Assembly: GCA_016218805.1 (NCBI GenBank) | Contig: JACRCW010000092.1 | Location: 1-64,000 of the forward strand | From: Deltaproteobacteria bacterium | GTDB lineage: Bacteria; Myxococcota; JACRCW01 | Length of the DNA: 64,000 bases | Direction of reading: 5' to 3' | Shown: piece by piece, positions 9,368 to 18,913 of the stretch | Numbering within the stretch: position 1 is the stretch's first letter | How the letters are laid out: every line of letters begins with the position of its first letter | Translations under genes and position numbers: made by a program | Notes under the pieces: generated by a model | Seen by the model: the letters and a program-made list of their open reading frames with translations, nothing else | Database searches by the model: none | What the model was told of the DNA's origin: nothing

Positions 9368-12300
9368 TCAGCCACCGGCCAGTTTGCGGCGCTCATCCGC
9401 CCACCACTTCTCCCACTTCTTCACGGCGGTCTCGCGGTCACGCCTGGGGGAGTCCGCGTCAAACCCAAACGTGTCCTGCGTCAGGGACGCCAGCTCCGCG
9501 CCGGCGCGGGCGCGCACCTCAACGTCCCCGTCCTTGAGCGCGTCAATGAGCCACTCAATGCGGGAGCGCATCTTGTTTTTTTCCCACCAGGCAATCCATT
9601 TCTTCTCGTTGGTGCCGTAGCTCTGCAGGGTGATGGCGTGGAGTGCCTGGGCGGCCTCACCGGCTATCTCCGGCTCCTTGGCGCGCAGTGACCCGATGAT
9701 GGCGGGGATGCTGCCGACGTCACGGAAGCGGCCCAGGAAGTGGATGGCCCGGCGGCGGCCCTCGGGGACCACGGAGTTCACGCGCGTGCGCAGGTGCCGC
9801 AGCACCTGGTCAAAGGCCGGCTCGGCCACGTACGCGCTCAGAGCGTCCCCGGCCAGCTTGCGGATCCGCGGTTCATCGTCGTGCAGGCGGCGCTGCAGGA
9901 ACGGGATGCTGCCGGGGTGGTAGGTGCGCGCCAGCAGCAACGTGGCGAAATACCGGTGGGCCGGGAAGCGGCTGTCCAGGTGCGGCACCGCCACCTGCAA
10001 CCCCAACCCGCCCATGCGGCCCAGCAGGTCCAGCAGCGGGCTGAGCGTGGACGGATCCGGCGGGTTGGGCTCACCGCCAAACGGATCCCAACTGACCTTG
10101 CCGGGGAACGCGCCGGTGAGCGCCGGCAGCGCGGCCTCGCCCAGTTCCATGAGTTTCTGCTGCGCCACGCTGACGCGTTCCGGCTCGCCGGAGAGCAGTG
10201 CCTCGGTCCACGCCTTGGGCGGATCCACCAGCGGCTCCGGGGGCGCCACCGGTGGTGCCTCCAGCACGGGGGCTTCCTCAGACCACTCGTTGGCGGGCGG
10301 TGAAACCGCGGGAACCTCGTCGTGCACGGGTGCGCGGCGGGGCAGCGGCGGCGGCGTGGAGCGGTCACGGAGCTGTTGCGCCTCCGCCTGTTGGGCGGCT
10401 TCAAGCACCACCGCTTCCCAACCGGGCTTCTTCTCCTCCGCGTCCTCGTCGTCCTGCTCCTGGTCCGCAAACGCCTTGTACCCGGCCTCCAGGGACTCGC
10501 CGCCCTGCTTGCCGCTCTCAATGGTGTCCTTGAGCGCCGCGGCAAACGCGCTGGCATTGGCCGGCTCGCCAATCTCACCAAAGACAACCACCTCCTCGCC
10601 CGGGCGGCGCGGCTCCTCCTCCTCGTCATCTTCCGGCAGCGGCTGGTAGGCCACGGGGGGCCCCTGGAGCGTGCCGGCCTGCTCCGCCGCCTGGGTGATG
10701 CCGGCATGCCAGTCCCCGGCTCCCTCCGCCGTCTTGAACGCGGGCCCCGCCGGCGCAGCGGGCGCCGCGGCCTCCGCCGGCGGCGCGGCGTCTGAATGCG
10801 CCAGCAGCGCGGCGGACATCGCGTCGTTCCACGTGGTGTCCTCGCCCAGGCGGGTCTCCGCGGCCTTGGCGGCATCTTCCGCTCCGTCCTCCTCCTCGTC
10901 GTCGTCATCCTCACCGGCGCGGATGCGCGCCAGCGCGCGCGCGGCCAGGGCAGCCGCTTCCGGGGACATGGTGGAACTGGGCGGCACCACCACCGCCTCC
11001 ACGCGCTCCACGGGGGGGACCTCACCCACCTCCAGCGGGACTTCGTCAGGGGGCGCCGCGGCACCCGGGCCAAACATCATGTCCGAGTTGGCAACCGCCG
11101 GCTCCTCCGACGGGGGCGGCGGCGCTTCCGGGGCCGGGGTGGCGGCGGGGACCACCGCGGGGGAGACGTCCGCCGGGACGGGCGCCTCGGCCACACCCTC
11201 GTCGGGAGGCGTCACCGGAGTCACGGGAATGGCCACCGTGTCGCCGGGCGGCACATGGGGCGCCGCGGGCTCACGGAACAGGATCTGCGTGTTGGCGGTG
11301 AGCGGCTCGTCGGCAAACGGGTTGGCCGCGAGTGCAGGCGCCGGCGGCTGGAACAGGATCTGCGTGTTGGCGGTGGCCGGCTCGTCGTCAAACGGCGTGG
11401 GCGGGGCGGGAGCGGGCGGCGCAACGGGCTCCGGCGGGGCCGGCGGCGGCGGGGGCTCGTGCACCGCACCGGGCCGATCCACGACCCAGGCCTCGGCGGT
11501 CGGTTCGCGCGCGACGGCGGGCGGCTCGGCCGCCGGCGCCACGCCGGGTCCGGTGGCCACCCACGCCTCCACGGCGGGCGGCTCCGGCGCCGGGACGGCA
11601 CCCGCGTCCGTGGTGCGGGCCAGGGCGTCATGCAGGGCCGCCGCCGTCACGGCCAGCTGCTGGGCCGGTGTCTCCACGGCCGGTTCCGGAGCCGCGGGCG
11701 CTTCCGCCACGGGCGCCGCCAGCGTGCGCGCGCGGCGTTCCCGGATCAGGTTCTCAAACGCCAGCCCCACGCGTGAGGCGAACGCCAGCACGTCCGACGC
11801 CTGCTTGGTGCGGATGGGCTGCGGGCCGTTGTCACCGTACAGGACAGCCACCACGCGGCCGCTGACCAGGATGGGCTGCAGCAGCATGGAGCGCGGCTGC
11901 CCGCGCCCCAGCCGGTCCGGCAGTGACGCTCCCGGGCGGGACGAGGCCTCGGCCTTGCCCAGCGACGGGGCGCGCGTCTCAACCACCGTGCGCAGCGGGG
12001 AGCGCTCGTCCAGCGGGAAGCGGACGCCCTTGCCCGGCGGCGCCTCGCCTGCCGCCGCGGACCGCAGGCGCGCCGCCCACACCACCGCCTGCCCGCGCAA
12101 CACGCCCAGGAACGCCGCGCACGCAAACGTCTGGGCCGCGAAGCGCAGCGTGATGTCCACGATCCCGTCCCGGTCCTGCGCGCTGGTCAAGTGGGCCAGC
12201 GCCTCCACGAGGTCCATGGGCGGCGCGGGCTTCTCCGGCTCCGGCGCGGGGACCGGGGCCGCCGGCGCGGGGGCCGCGGAGGGCATGATCACGTCGCCGG

Positions 12301-12868
12301 AGAAGGGTGCGGTGGGCTCCACCACGACGGTACCGCCGGCGTCGGGGGCCGCTTCTGGGACGGGCGGCGGCTCCGGCTCCGGCGGGCGGGACTGCGCCCG
12401 GGAGATCAGCGCCTGCTGCAACTCGTCAAAGCGCGGGTCCGGTTCCACGCCGTATTGCGAGCGCAGCACCAGCCGCAGGCGGTGTTCCGTGGTGACGTGC
12501 GGCAGCACCGGGCGGCCGATGGAGGCGGCAAGCTGCGCCAGGCCGTCAACGTCCACCGGCGCGGTGGTGGCAATCCACACGCCCTCCGCGGACACGCCAA
12601 AGGGCGCCACCAGGTAGGAGGCCGCCAGCGTGCCCGGGATGGCCGCCACGGCGTTGGGGTCAGCCTGTTCCAGCCACCCGGCACCACACACCGGGTAGCC
12701 TGCCCACCGCGCCAGGACCTCGGCCATGCTGGCTTCGTCGGCAACGCTCAGTTCCAGCAGCGCGGTGTCAAGCCAACCGCCATACACGACCTGCCGGTCC
12801 AGCGCGGTGGCCAGCGTGTCGCGCGACAGCATCCCGCCGCGCAGCAGGAAGGCACCAAGGGTCTCCAT
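9368..12868 (-). CDS. FrgA-like multidomain protein: GspE-N/MshEN-like domain, GAF-like domain, long Pro/Glu-rich linker, C-terminal HEAT repeats
   Basis: Starts METLGAFLLRGG...ALDRQVVYGGWLDTALLEL; GAF-like PILVSGRVVAVLYGD; HEAT-like LHDDEPRIRKLAGDAL and LKDGDVEVRARA. The track start at 13111 overlaps folK, so ATG 12868 is used. Confidence 0.75.
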   Translation of the reverse strand: METLGAFLLRGGMLSRDTLATALDRQVVYGGWLDTALLELSVADEASMAEVLARWAGYPVCGAGWLEQADPNAVAAIPGTLAASYLVAPFGVSAEGVWIATTAPVDVDGLAQLAASIGRPVLPHVTTEHRLRLVLRSQYGVEPDPRFDELQQALISRAQSRPPEPEPPPVPEAAPDAGGTVVVEPTAPFSGDVIMPSAAPAPAAPVPAPEPEKPAPPMDLVEALAHLTSAQDRDGIVDITLRFAAQTFACAAFLGVLRGQAVVWAARLRSAAAGEAPPGKGVRFPLDERSPLRTVVETRAPSLGKAEASSRPGASLPDRLGRGQPRSMLLQPILVSGRVVAVLYGDNGPQPIRTKQASDVLAFASRVGLAFENLIRERRARTLAAPVAEAPAAPEPAVETPAQQLAVTAAALHDALARTTDAGAVPAPEPPAVEAWVATGPGVAPAAEPPAVAREPTAEAWVVDRPGAVHEPPPPPAPPEPVAPPAPAPPTPFDDEPATANTQILFQPPAPALAANPFADEPLTANTQILFREPAAPHVPPGDTVAIPVTPVTPPDEGVAEAPVPADVSPAVVPAATPAPEAPPPPSEEPAVANSDMMFGPGAAAPPDEVPLEVGEVPPVERVEAVVVPPSSTMSPEAAALAARALARIRAGEDDDDEEEDGAEDAAKAAETRLGEDTTWNDAMSAALLAHSDAAPPAEAAAPAAPAGPAFKTAEGAGDWHAGITQAAEQAGTLQGPPVAYQPLPEDDEEEEPRRPGEEVVVFGEIGEPANASAFAAALKDTIESGKQGGESLEAGYKAFADQEQDDEDAEEKKPGWEAVVLEAAQQAEAQQLRDRSTPPPLPRRAPVHDEVPAVSPPANEWSEEAPVLEAPPVAPPEPLVDPPKAWTEALLSGEPERVSVAQQKLMELGEAALPALTGAFPGKVSWDPFGGEPNPPDPSTLSPLLDLLGRMGGLGLQVAVPHLDSRFPAHRYFATLLLARTYHPGSIPFLQRRLHDDEPRIRKLAGDALSAYVAEPAFDQVLRHLRTRVNSVVPEGRRRAIHFLGRFRDVGSIPAIIGSLRAKEPEIAGEAAQALHAITLQSYGTNEKKWIAWWEKNKMRSRIEWLIDALKDGDVEVRARAGAELASLTQDTFGFDADSPRRDRETAVKKWEKWWADERRKLAGG

Positions 12869-12984
12869 CGGCGTCGTCGGACCGTAGGTGGGACATGCGG
12901 GCGGGGTCAAACATCTCGCCGGGCCGGCGGCCGTTGCCGCACGCTTTGCCGGGAGGCCGGTGCATCTGCCATGCGACGGAGCGC

Positions 12985-13503
12985 ATGACTGCGCTTCTGG
13001 CCGGGGCCATTGCCCTCGGCGCCAACCTTGGGGAACCACGCCGGACACTGGCCGGAACGCGCCGCTCCGTCGGTGCGCGGCTGCAGCGCTGGGGCTGCCA
13101 GGACCTGTCATGGAGCCGCCTGTGGCGGACCCAACCGGTGGGGCCGCCCCAGCCGGCCTACCTCAACGCCGCGGTGACGTTTGCCGCGCCGGCCTCTCTG
13201 GACGCCGCCCTGCTGCTGGCGTTTCTGCTGGACGAGGAACGCGCGTACGGGCGCGTGCGGTTGGAGCGCTGGGGACCGCGCACGCTGGACCTGGACCTGC
13301 TGTACCTGGGGGAGACGCGCCTGCAGACGCTGGACCTCACCCTGCCCCACCCCCGCGCCCACGAACGCGCGTTTGTGTTGTGGCCGCTGCTGGACGCGGA
13401 CCCGGGTGCGGTGCTGCCCGGTCACGGCGCGGTGGCACCGCTGGCGCGCGCGCTGGGCCAAACGGGCGTGGAACCGCTGACCGCCGTGGGGGAACCCTGG
13501 TAG
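12985..13503 (+). CDS. folK: 2-amino-4-hydroxy-6-hydroxymethyldihydropteridine diphosphokinase
   Basis: IALGANLG, YLNAAV, E...GR.R..RWGPRTLDLDLL, LTLPHPRAHERAFVLWPL. Confidence 0.93.
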   Translation: MTALLAGAIALGANLGEPRRTLAGTRRSVGARLQRWGCQDLSWSRLWRTQPVGPPQPAYLNAAVTFAAPASLDAALLLAFLLDEERAYGRVRLERWGPRTLDLDLLYLGETRLQTLDLTLPHPRAHERAFVLWPLLDADPGAVLPGHGAVAPLARALGQTGVEPLTAVGEPW

Positions 13504-13575
13504 CGCTTGGGCCACACAGGCCGGTCACACCGAATCACGCGTGAGGGTTCAACCCGCGGCGACGTTTCCCGGCGT

Positions 13576-14007
13576 TCACCCGGCGGTGGGGGCGCTGGGC
13601 GGCGCGGCACGCGCGCACAAATGCCGGCCCAATGCGCGGTCAAACTTGCCAGTATGGTTGATGAGCCATTCCGACAGGAGGCGGTTGGCGCTGAGCTGGG
13701 TGCTCAGGCCGGGGCCGGCCGTGGCCGCCTGGTGTTTGAGCTCCGCCAGGGCGTGAACAAACCCGTCATGTTGTGCCTTGTGCTCCTGATAGTGCGGATA
13801 CGCCGTGGCCTTCATGTGCCGCTCTTCCGCCCCAAAGTGCACCACCACGTATTCTTCCAGGAACACCAGGAGCGCCCGCAGTTCCTGGGCGCTCTTGCCC
13901 GTGCGGCACGCGTCAAAGATGCGGTTGATGCGGGCAATGAACTCCATGTGTTGGTGGTCAATCTCCGCCACGCCGGTTTCCAAGCTATCATTCCATTGCA
14001 GCGCCAT
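13576..14007 (-). CDS. Bacteriohemerythrin
   Basis: W...LETG..EIDHQH, HF..EE, YP....HK.QH and WL.NH...FD supply the diiron ligands. Confidence 0.93.
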   Translation of the reverse strand: MALQWNDSLETGVAEIDHQHMEFIARINRIFDACRTGKSAQELRALLVFLEEYVVVHFGAEERHMKATAYPHYQEHKAQHDGFVHALAELKHQAATAGPGLSTQLSANRLLSEWLINHTGKFDRALGRHLCARAAPPSAPTAG

Positions 14008-14377
14008 GTGCGTCTCCGGAAGCAAAGCGCGTCAAACCGTATCATGTCATTGTCGCGGTTTCACCTTGATCAACCGTGACGTCCGGGTGATTGCGTGATG
14101 ACGACACGACGTGCGGCAATCATGCGCTTTTGCTGCCGCCACCTGTGGCACAAAGCCACGGATTGCCCGGGCGCAGACGAAACGCAATGAAATAGACCAT
14201 GGATGGTCTCAGAAATGAGACATGCAAGCGGGGTCCGCCGTGGAGGGTTGCCCGCTGTGCCATGTTGCCGGCAGTGCAGGCGAATCATGAGCCAATGGAA
14301 GCAGCCCCCCGCGTAATTCGCCGCAACGGCCCATTGTGCGCCGTTCCTTTCACGGGCGTTCAGCGGAGGAGTTCCTC

Positions 14378-17300
14378 ATGGCAGGCATGAGTCGGCGTGT
14401 TTCATGGTTGTTGGTGTCCGCGTCCTTGGCCGTCTGTTCGGCAGGCTGTGGCGGCTGTGGCGGCGGCCCTGGAGCGGGGGAAGAGGGCGGAAGCAGCGGT
14501 GATGCCGGCCAGGCATCCAGTTCCAGCAGTGGCGGCGTCGCGGTCAGCAGCAGCGGAGGCTCGGGTGCCACCGCGTCCTCCGGAGGGGCGCTGTCTGGCA
14601 GCGGTACCGGTGGCTCGTCGGGCGCGGCCCAGTCAGGCTCCAGCGCAGCGGGGCCATCCTCGTCGCTGCCAGCGTCATCCTCCGTGGGTGGGGCCTCGTC
14701 CCTGGTGGCCGGGTCATCCTCGGCGGCCCCACCGGCCAGCTCCGCGGCACCTTCCAGCAGCGCCCCGGCGGATCCGGTTCCCGTGGTGGCGCTCACCTCT
14801 CCTGCCCATGACGGCACCACCTTCACGGCGCCCATTGCGCTCAACAGCACGGTCACCTTCGTTGCCACCATCACGGACAACGCCGCCATCAATTCCGCGG
14901 GCGTGTCCTGGACGGTGACGCCGCCCGGCGGCAGCCCCAGCACGCCGTCCGGCGGTGCGCTCGCGGGCAACCAGGCGTCCTACCAGGCACTCCTCAACGT
15001 GGCGGGGGCCTGGACCATCCGCGTCAGCTACTCGGATGGTTTCAACGCGCCGGTTTCCGCGCAGGCGGTGGCGCAGGTCCACGCGGACCTCCCGCCGCAG
15101 CTTGCCTGGATCTCCCCCGCCAACGACGGTGCGCGCGTCACCGGCGCACGGCGCGTGGGCAGCCAGTTGCTCTTCCAGGCCAGCCTCTCCGATGACGCGG
15201 CGCTGTTGCCGCAAAACGCAACCTGGAGCCACCGCGACCCCGGCGGCACCACCGCCACGTCCCAGGGCGTGTTTGTGGGGACAGGGGCCAACGCCGCGCG
15301 CATGGAATACACCGCGGACCTGGCCACGCCGGGCACGCACACCATCACGGCCACGTATTCAGACGGGACCACCACGCGGGCCATCTCGCTGGAAGCGGTG
15401 GTGCTTGCGGATCTGCCGGCCACGGCGGCGTTCACCGCGCCCGCCCATGACGGAACCAGCGTGACCGTGCCCGTGGCGGTGGGTGACAACCTCACCTTCT
15501 CCGTTTCCCTTTCCGACGACACGGGGATCATCCCGCAGAACGGCCAGTTCAACGTGACCTCCCCATCCGGCACGCAGAGCAACCAGGGAACGGTGAACGT
15601 CAACGGGAACAGCGCCACCGCCACGCTGGCCGTGGCATTTGCCAGCGCCGGCAGCTGGCGGGTGAGCTTCACGTATACGGATGCGGGTGGAAACACGACG
15701 ACGGTGACGCTGACCATCACGGTGGCCCAGGATCCGGCACCGGCGGTGGCCATCACCGCGCCCACCAACGACGGCGCGCAGGTGACGGCGCAGGTGCGCG
15801 AGAGCACCGCCATTTCGTTCACCGGTTCCATCCAGGACAACGCGGCCATTGTCCCGCAGGGCATTCTGTGGACCTACGCGCCGGTGGGCGGCCAGCCCAT
15901 CACCAGCCAGGGCACGGTGACGGGCAACGGAAACCTGGTGGCGGTGGCGTTCAACGTTGCCAATGCGGGCGCGGCAGGCAGCGCTTCGGTGTCACTGCGG
16001 TACACGGACAGCGGCGGCAACACCGTCACCCGCACGCTCATTGTCCCGGTGATCTCCAACCTTGCTCCCGCGCTGGCGCTCACGGCGCCGGCCAACAACG
16101 GCGCGCGGGCCAACGCCACGGTGCGCGTGGGGACGCCGGTGAACTTCGCGGCCACCATCACGGATGACCAGGCCATTGTTTCGTCCGGGATTGCGTGGTT
16201 GCTGACCAGCCCCGGCGGGTCCGCCACGCCCAGCCCAGGCGGTTTCAACCCGGGAAACCCGGCCACCACGGGCACGGCCACGTTTGTCGCGTCATTGGTG
16301 GCTCCGGGGGATTGGACGGTGCAGGTTGGGTACACGGATGCCACCGGGCTGTCCGCTTCCGTGCAGATCCTGGTGACGGCGGTGGCCAACAACCCGCCAA
16401 CGTGCACCTGGACGGCCCCGGCGGCGTGCCTGGGCAGCGGCAACCACGCGTTCAGCGTGACGCTGGCGGACCCGGACGGTGACACGCCGGTGGTGGCGGC
16501 CATCCACAGTGACAACGCGGGCGACGTGGTGACCACGCTCAACGTCAGCGGCAGCGGGACACGGACCGTCAACATCAACCTGGCGGCGGGCACGCGGACG
16601 CTTTCCTGCACGCCCACGGACAGCACCGGGCTGGCGGGGAGCGCCGGCCTGCTGGCCATCACCACCAGCGCGGCGCCCACGCTTTCCATCAACCAACCGG
16701 TGGACGGCGCGCGGATCACATTGGGCCAGCCGCTGGACTACCAGGTCAGTGCCACCACCAGCCCGCTGGCCAGCCCCGGCACGGTGACGCTGACGGACTC
16801 CGAGGAAGGCGTGCTGGCGTTGGACGCCGGTGGCGCGGGATCGGTGGCGGCGCCCATCCTGGGCCTCCACGAACTGGTGTCATCCGTGGTGGACACCTGC
16901 GGCGCGACGGCCACCGCCCGCGCGCGGTACGGCGTGACGACGGCGGGGGGAGCACTGACCACGCTGGGAACCCCGGTGGATACCGGCGGCGCCATCGTCG
17001 TGACGCACGTGGCCATGGACGGCACCACCCCGGTGCTTGGAACGGACAACTCGCCCACCGCGTGGGCGCTGTACTCGGTGGATCCGGCCACGGCTGTGGC
17101 GGCGCCGTTGGAGCCTGCCGTGGCGGGGGACACCATCCTCAACGGCACGCAGACGCCGGTCACCTCCATCTCCATGGGCGGAGCCAACGGCGGCGCGCGT
17201 TTTGAAACGTATTCGTTTGACGGCGACGGGCTGTTCCTGTGTGCACGGGACATGGCGTCCAATCAGGCGGTGTGCCGCCAGTTCCGCCAGGGGGACGCCA

Positions 17301-18076
17301 ACCTCCGCTCGGACAACGTGGTGGCGGCGGCGGTGGCGGGCAGTGGCCTGGGCCAGGGAGAGAGCTACGTGCTGGTGCTGTCTGGGGACCGGCTCCAGCT
17401 CTATGCGCCGATGGCCTTCAACGGCGGTGGCGGAACGCAGGTGACGCTGCAGCAGGCCGGGGCCTCCGTCCAGCAGGGCAGCGCAGCAGACCAGCTTCCG
17501 GGCAACTTCCAGGCGCTGGCCGTGGTCTCCCTCACCGTGGGCGCGACTTCCTCGACGCTGGTGGCCTGGGTGGGCACCAGCAATGGCGCACACCGCGTCA
17601 CCTTCACCATCACCGCGGGGGGCACCACCCGCTCCATCCAGCACTTTGATGCGAGCCACCCGCAGAACAACAACGCGTGGCCCAGCTTCAACGTGCGCGC
17701 CATTGCACTGGATCCCGCGGGTAATGGCGCCGCCTGGTTTGGGCTGGCCAGCGGCATAGGCCGGTATGACGGCAGCGGCTTTCCGGCGGGATTTGACGCG
17801 ATCACGACGACATCCGGCGGCGCGCCGACGGACATCACCAGCCTGGCGGTGGACCGCTTCCCCTCCGCCACGGTTCCCATCCTGTGGGCGGGCACAGGTG
17901 GCGCCGGGTTCTGGCGTATTGACGGGACGGTGGCGGGAACGCCGTTGGGAATCCAGGTGACCACCACAGACGGCCTGGGGCTCCCCTCCAACACCGTGAA
18001 CTCCATCGCTGTGGACGCGGCGCACACCAAGTGGATCGGCACGCCCATGGGTGCCTGGGCCTACCTGGGGTACTGA
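14378..18076 (+). CDS. Large surface lipoprotein: Ser/Gly/Ala linker, about 7 Ig-like (PKD/Big) repeats, C-terminal beta-propeller-like region
   Basis: RBS GGAGGA; lipobox-like SAGC; repeats beginning P.V.ITAP.NDG about every 108 aa. C-terminal LPSNTVNSIAVD...KWIGT resembles two-component-regulator propeller repeats. Confidence 0.8.
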   Translation: MAGMSRRVSWLLVSASLAVCSAGCGGCGGGPGAGEEGGSSGDAGQASSSSSGGVAVSSSGGSGATASSGGALSGSGTGGSSGAAQSGSSAAGPSSSLPASSSVGGASSLVAGSSSAAPPASSAAPSSSAPADPVPVVALTSPAHDGTTFTAPIALNSTVTFVATITDNAAINSAGVSWTVTPPGGSPSTPSGGALAGNQASYQALLNVAGAWTIRVSYSDGFNAPVSAQAVAQVHADLPPQLAWISPANDGARVTGARRVGSQLLFQASLSDDAALLPQNATWSHRDPGGTTATSQGVFVGTGANAARMEYTADLATPGTHTITATYSDGTTTRAISLEAVVLADLPATAAFTAPAHDGTSVTVPVAVGDNLTFSVSLSDDTGIIPQNGQFNVTSPSGTQSNQGTVNVNGNSATATLAVAFASAGSWRVSFTYTDAGGNTTTVTLTITVAQDPAPAVAITAPTNDGAQVTAQVRESTAISFTGSIQDNAAIVPQGILWTYAPVGGQPITSQGTVTGNGNLVAVAFNVANAGAAGSASVSLRYTDSGGNTVTRTLIVPVISNLAPALALTAPANNGARANATVRVGTPVNFAATITDDQAIVSSGIAWLLTSPGGSATPSPGGFNPGNPATTGTATFVASLVAPGDWTVQVGYTDATGLSASVQILVTAVANNPPTCTWTAPAACLGSGNHAFSVTLADPDGDTPVVAAIHSDNAGDVVTTLNVSGSGTRTVNINLAAGTRTLSCTPTDSTGLAGSAGLLAITTSAAPTLSINQPVDGARITLGQPLDYQVSATTSPLASPGTVTLTDSEEGVLALDAGGAGSVAAPILGLHELVSSVVDTCGATATARARYGVTTAGGALTTLGTPVDTGGAIVVTHVAMDGTTPVLGTDNSPTAWALYSVDPATAVAAPLEPAVAGDTILNGTQTPVTSISMGGANGGARFETYSFDGDGLFLCARDMASNQAVCRQFRQGDANLRSDNVVAAAVAGSGLGQGESYVLVLSGDRLQLYAPMAFNGGGGTQVTLQQAGASVQQGSAADQLPGNFQALAVVSLTVGATSSTLVAWVGTSNGAHRVTFTITAGGTTRSIQHFDASHPQNNNAWPSFNVRAIALDPAGNGAAWFGLASGIGRYDGSGFPAGFDAITTTSGGAPTDITSLAVDRFPSATVPILWAGTGGAGFWRIDGTVAGTPLGIQVTTTDGLGLPSNTVNSIAVDAAHTKWIGTPMGAWAYLGY

Positions 18077-18084
18077 GGTCCACG

Positions 18085-18132
18085 CCGGAGTGAGGCGCCG
18101 GGCTGGGCAACGGCCTTGGCGCTTCACTCCGG
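18085..18132 (+). terminator. Long hairpin downstream of the lipoprotein gene
   Basis: CCGGAGTGAGGCGCC...GGCGCTTCACTCCGG, a 15-bp stem with one G-U pair; no U tract. Confidence 0.45.
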
Positions 18133-18216
18133 GCGCCCCCTGGCAAAGTGCATGAAATGCGGCGGCCGGGCTGCTCCTGGTTGACGCTTGCGCCGGGTGT
18201 GGAACACGCTTTGTTC

Positions 18217-18732
18217 ATGCCAAGATACGCCGCGTTCTTGCGGGGGGTGTCCCCCGTCAATTGCAGCATGGCGGACCTGAAACGCTGCGTGGAAAAGGCG
18301 GGTTTCTCCAACGTCGTCACCGTGCTCGCCAGCGGGAATGTGGTGTTTGACGCTGCGGGCACACCGCCGGCCACCCTGGAGCGCGCGCTGGAGGGCGCCA
18401 TGGACAAGCACCTGGGGCGGACCTTTGGCACCATGGTGCGGTCAATGGACAGATTGCATGAGATCCTGGCGGGGGACCCGTACCAAGGCTTCAAGCTGCC
18501 GCGGGGCGCAAGGCGCGTGGTGACCTTCCTGCGCCAGCGCGGCGCGCCGGCAGTGCGCCTGCCGGTGGAACTGGACGGGCCAAGCCTGCTCACGGTCATG
18601 GGCGCGGAGCTCTTCAGTGCGTACGTCCCAAGCCCCAAGGGTCCCGTGTTCATGACGCTCATTGAGAGGAGCTTTGGGAAGGATGTGACCACACGAACGT
18701 GGGATACCTTGACCAAGGTGGCGGCCAGGTGA
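18217..18732 (+). CDS. DUF1697 family protein
   Basis: MPRYAAFLRGV, M.DL....E..GF.NV.T.LASGNVVF and terminal TTRTW.T..K. Confidence 0.88.
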   Translation: MPRYAAFLRGVSPVNCSMADLKRCVEKAGFSNVVTVLASGNVVFDAAGTPPATLERALEGAMDKHLGRTFGTMVRSMDRLHEILAGDPYQGFKLPRGARRVVTFLRQRGAPAVRLPVELDGPSLLTVMGAELFSAYVPSPKGPVFMTLIERSFGKDVTTRTWDTLTKVAAR

Positions 18733-18781
18733 GCGGAGGCACCGTTGACCGCCGGCGCCGACGCGCTTCGCCGTTGCGCGC

Positions 18782-18809
18782 GCGGCGCTCGGCTCACTGA
18801 ACCACACGC
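18782..18809 (+). repeat. 28-bp direct repeat, copy 1 (left of the GT-C gene)
   Basis: GCGGCGCTCGGCTCACTGAACCACACGC, 26/28 identical to 20541-20568. Confidence 0.85.
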
Positions 18810-18913
18810 GCTCCACTGCGCGCTCTGTGGGCGGCGCGTCGCCGGGCGCCGGCTCGGTTGACGAGCCGTCCGCCGTTCCCACACCTTCCTTCCGGAAAGG
18901 TGGACGCGTGTCG

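Noticed and set aside
12869..13111. Extended start of the 1247-aa ORF
   Set aside because: It overlaps folK on the opposite strand and has non-coding-like composition.
14144..14166. Sigma-54 promoter TGGCAC...TTGC upstream of the giant lipoprotein
   Set aside because: The spacing is 11 nt rather than the required 5.
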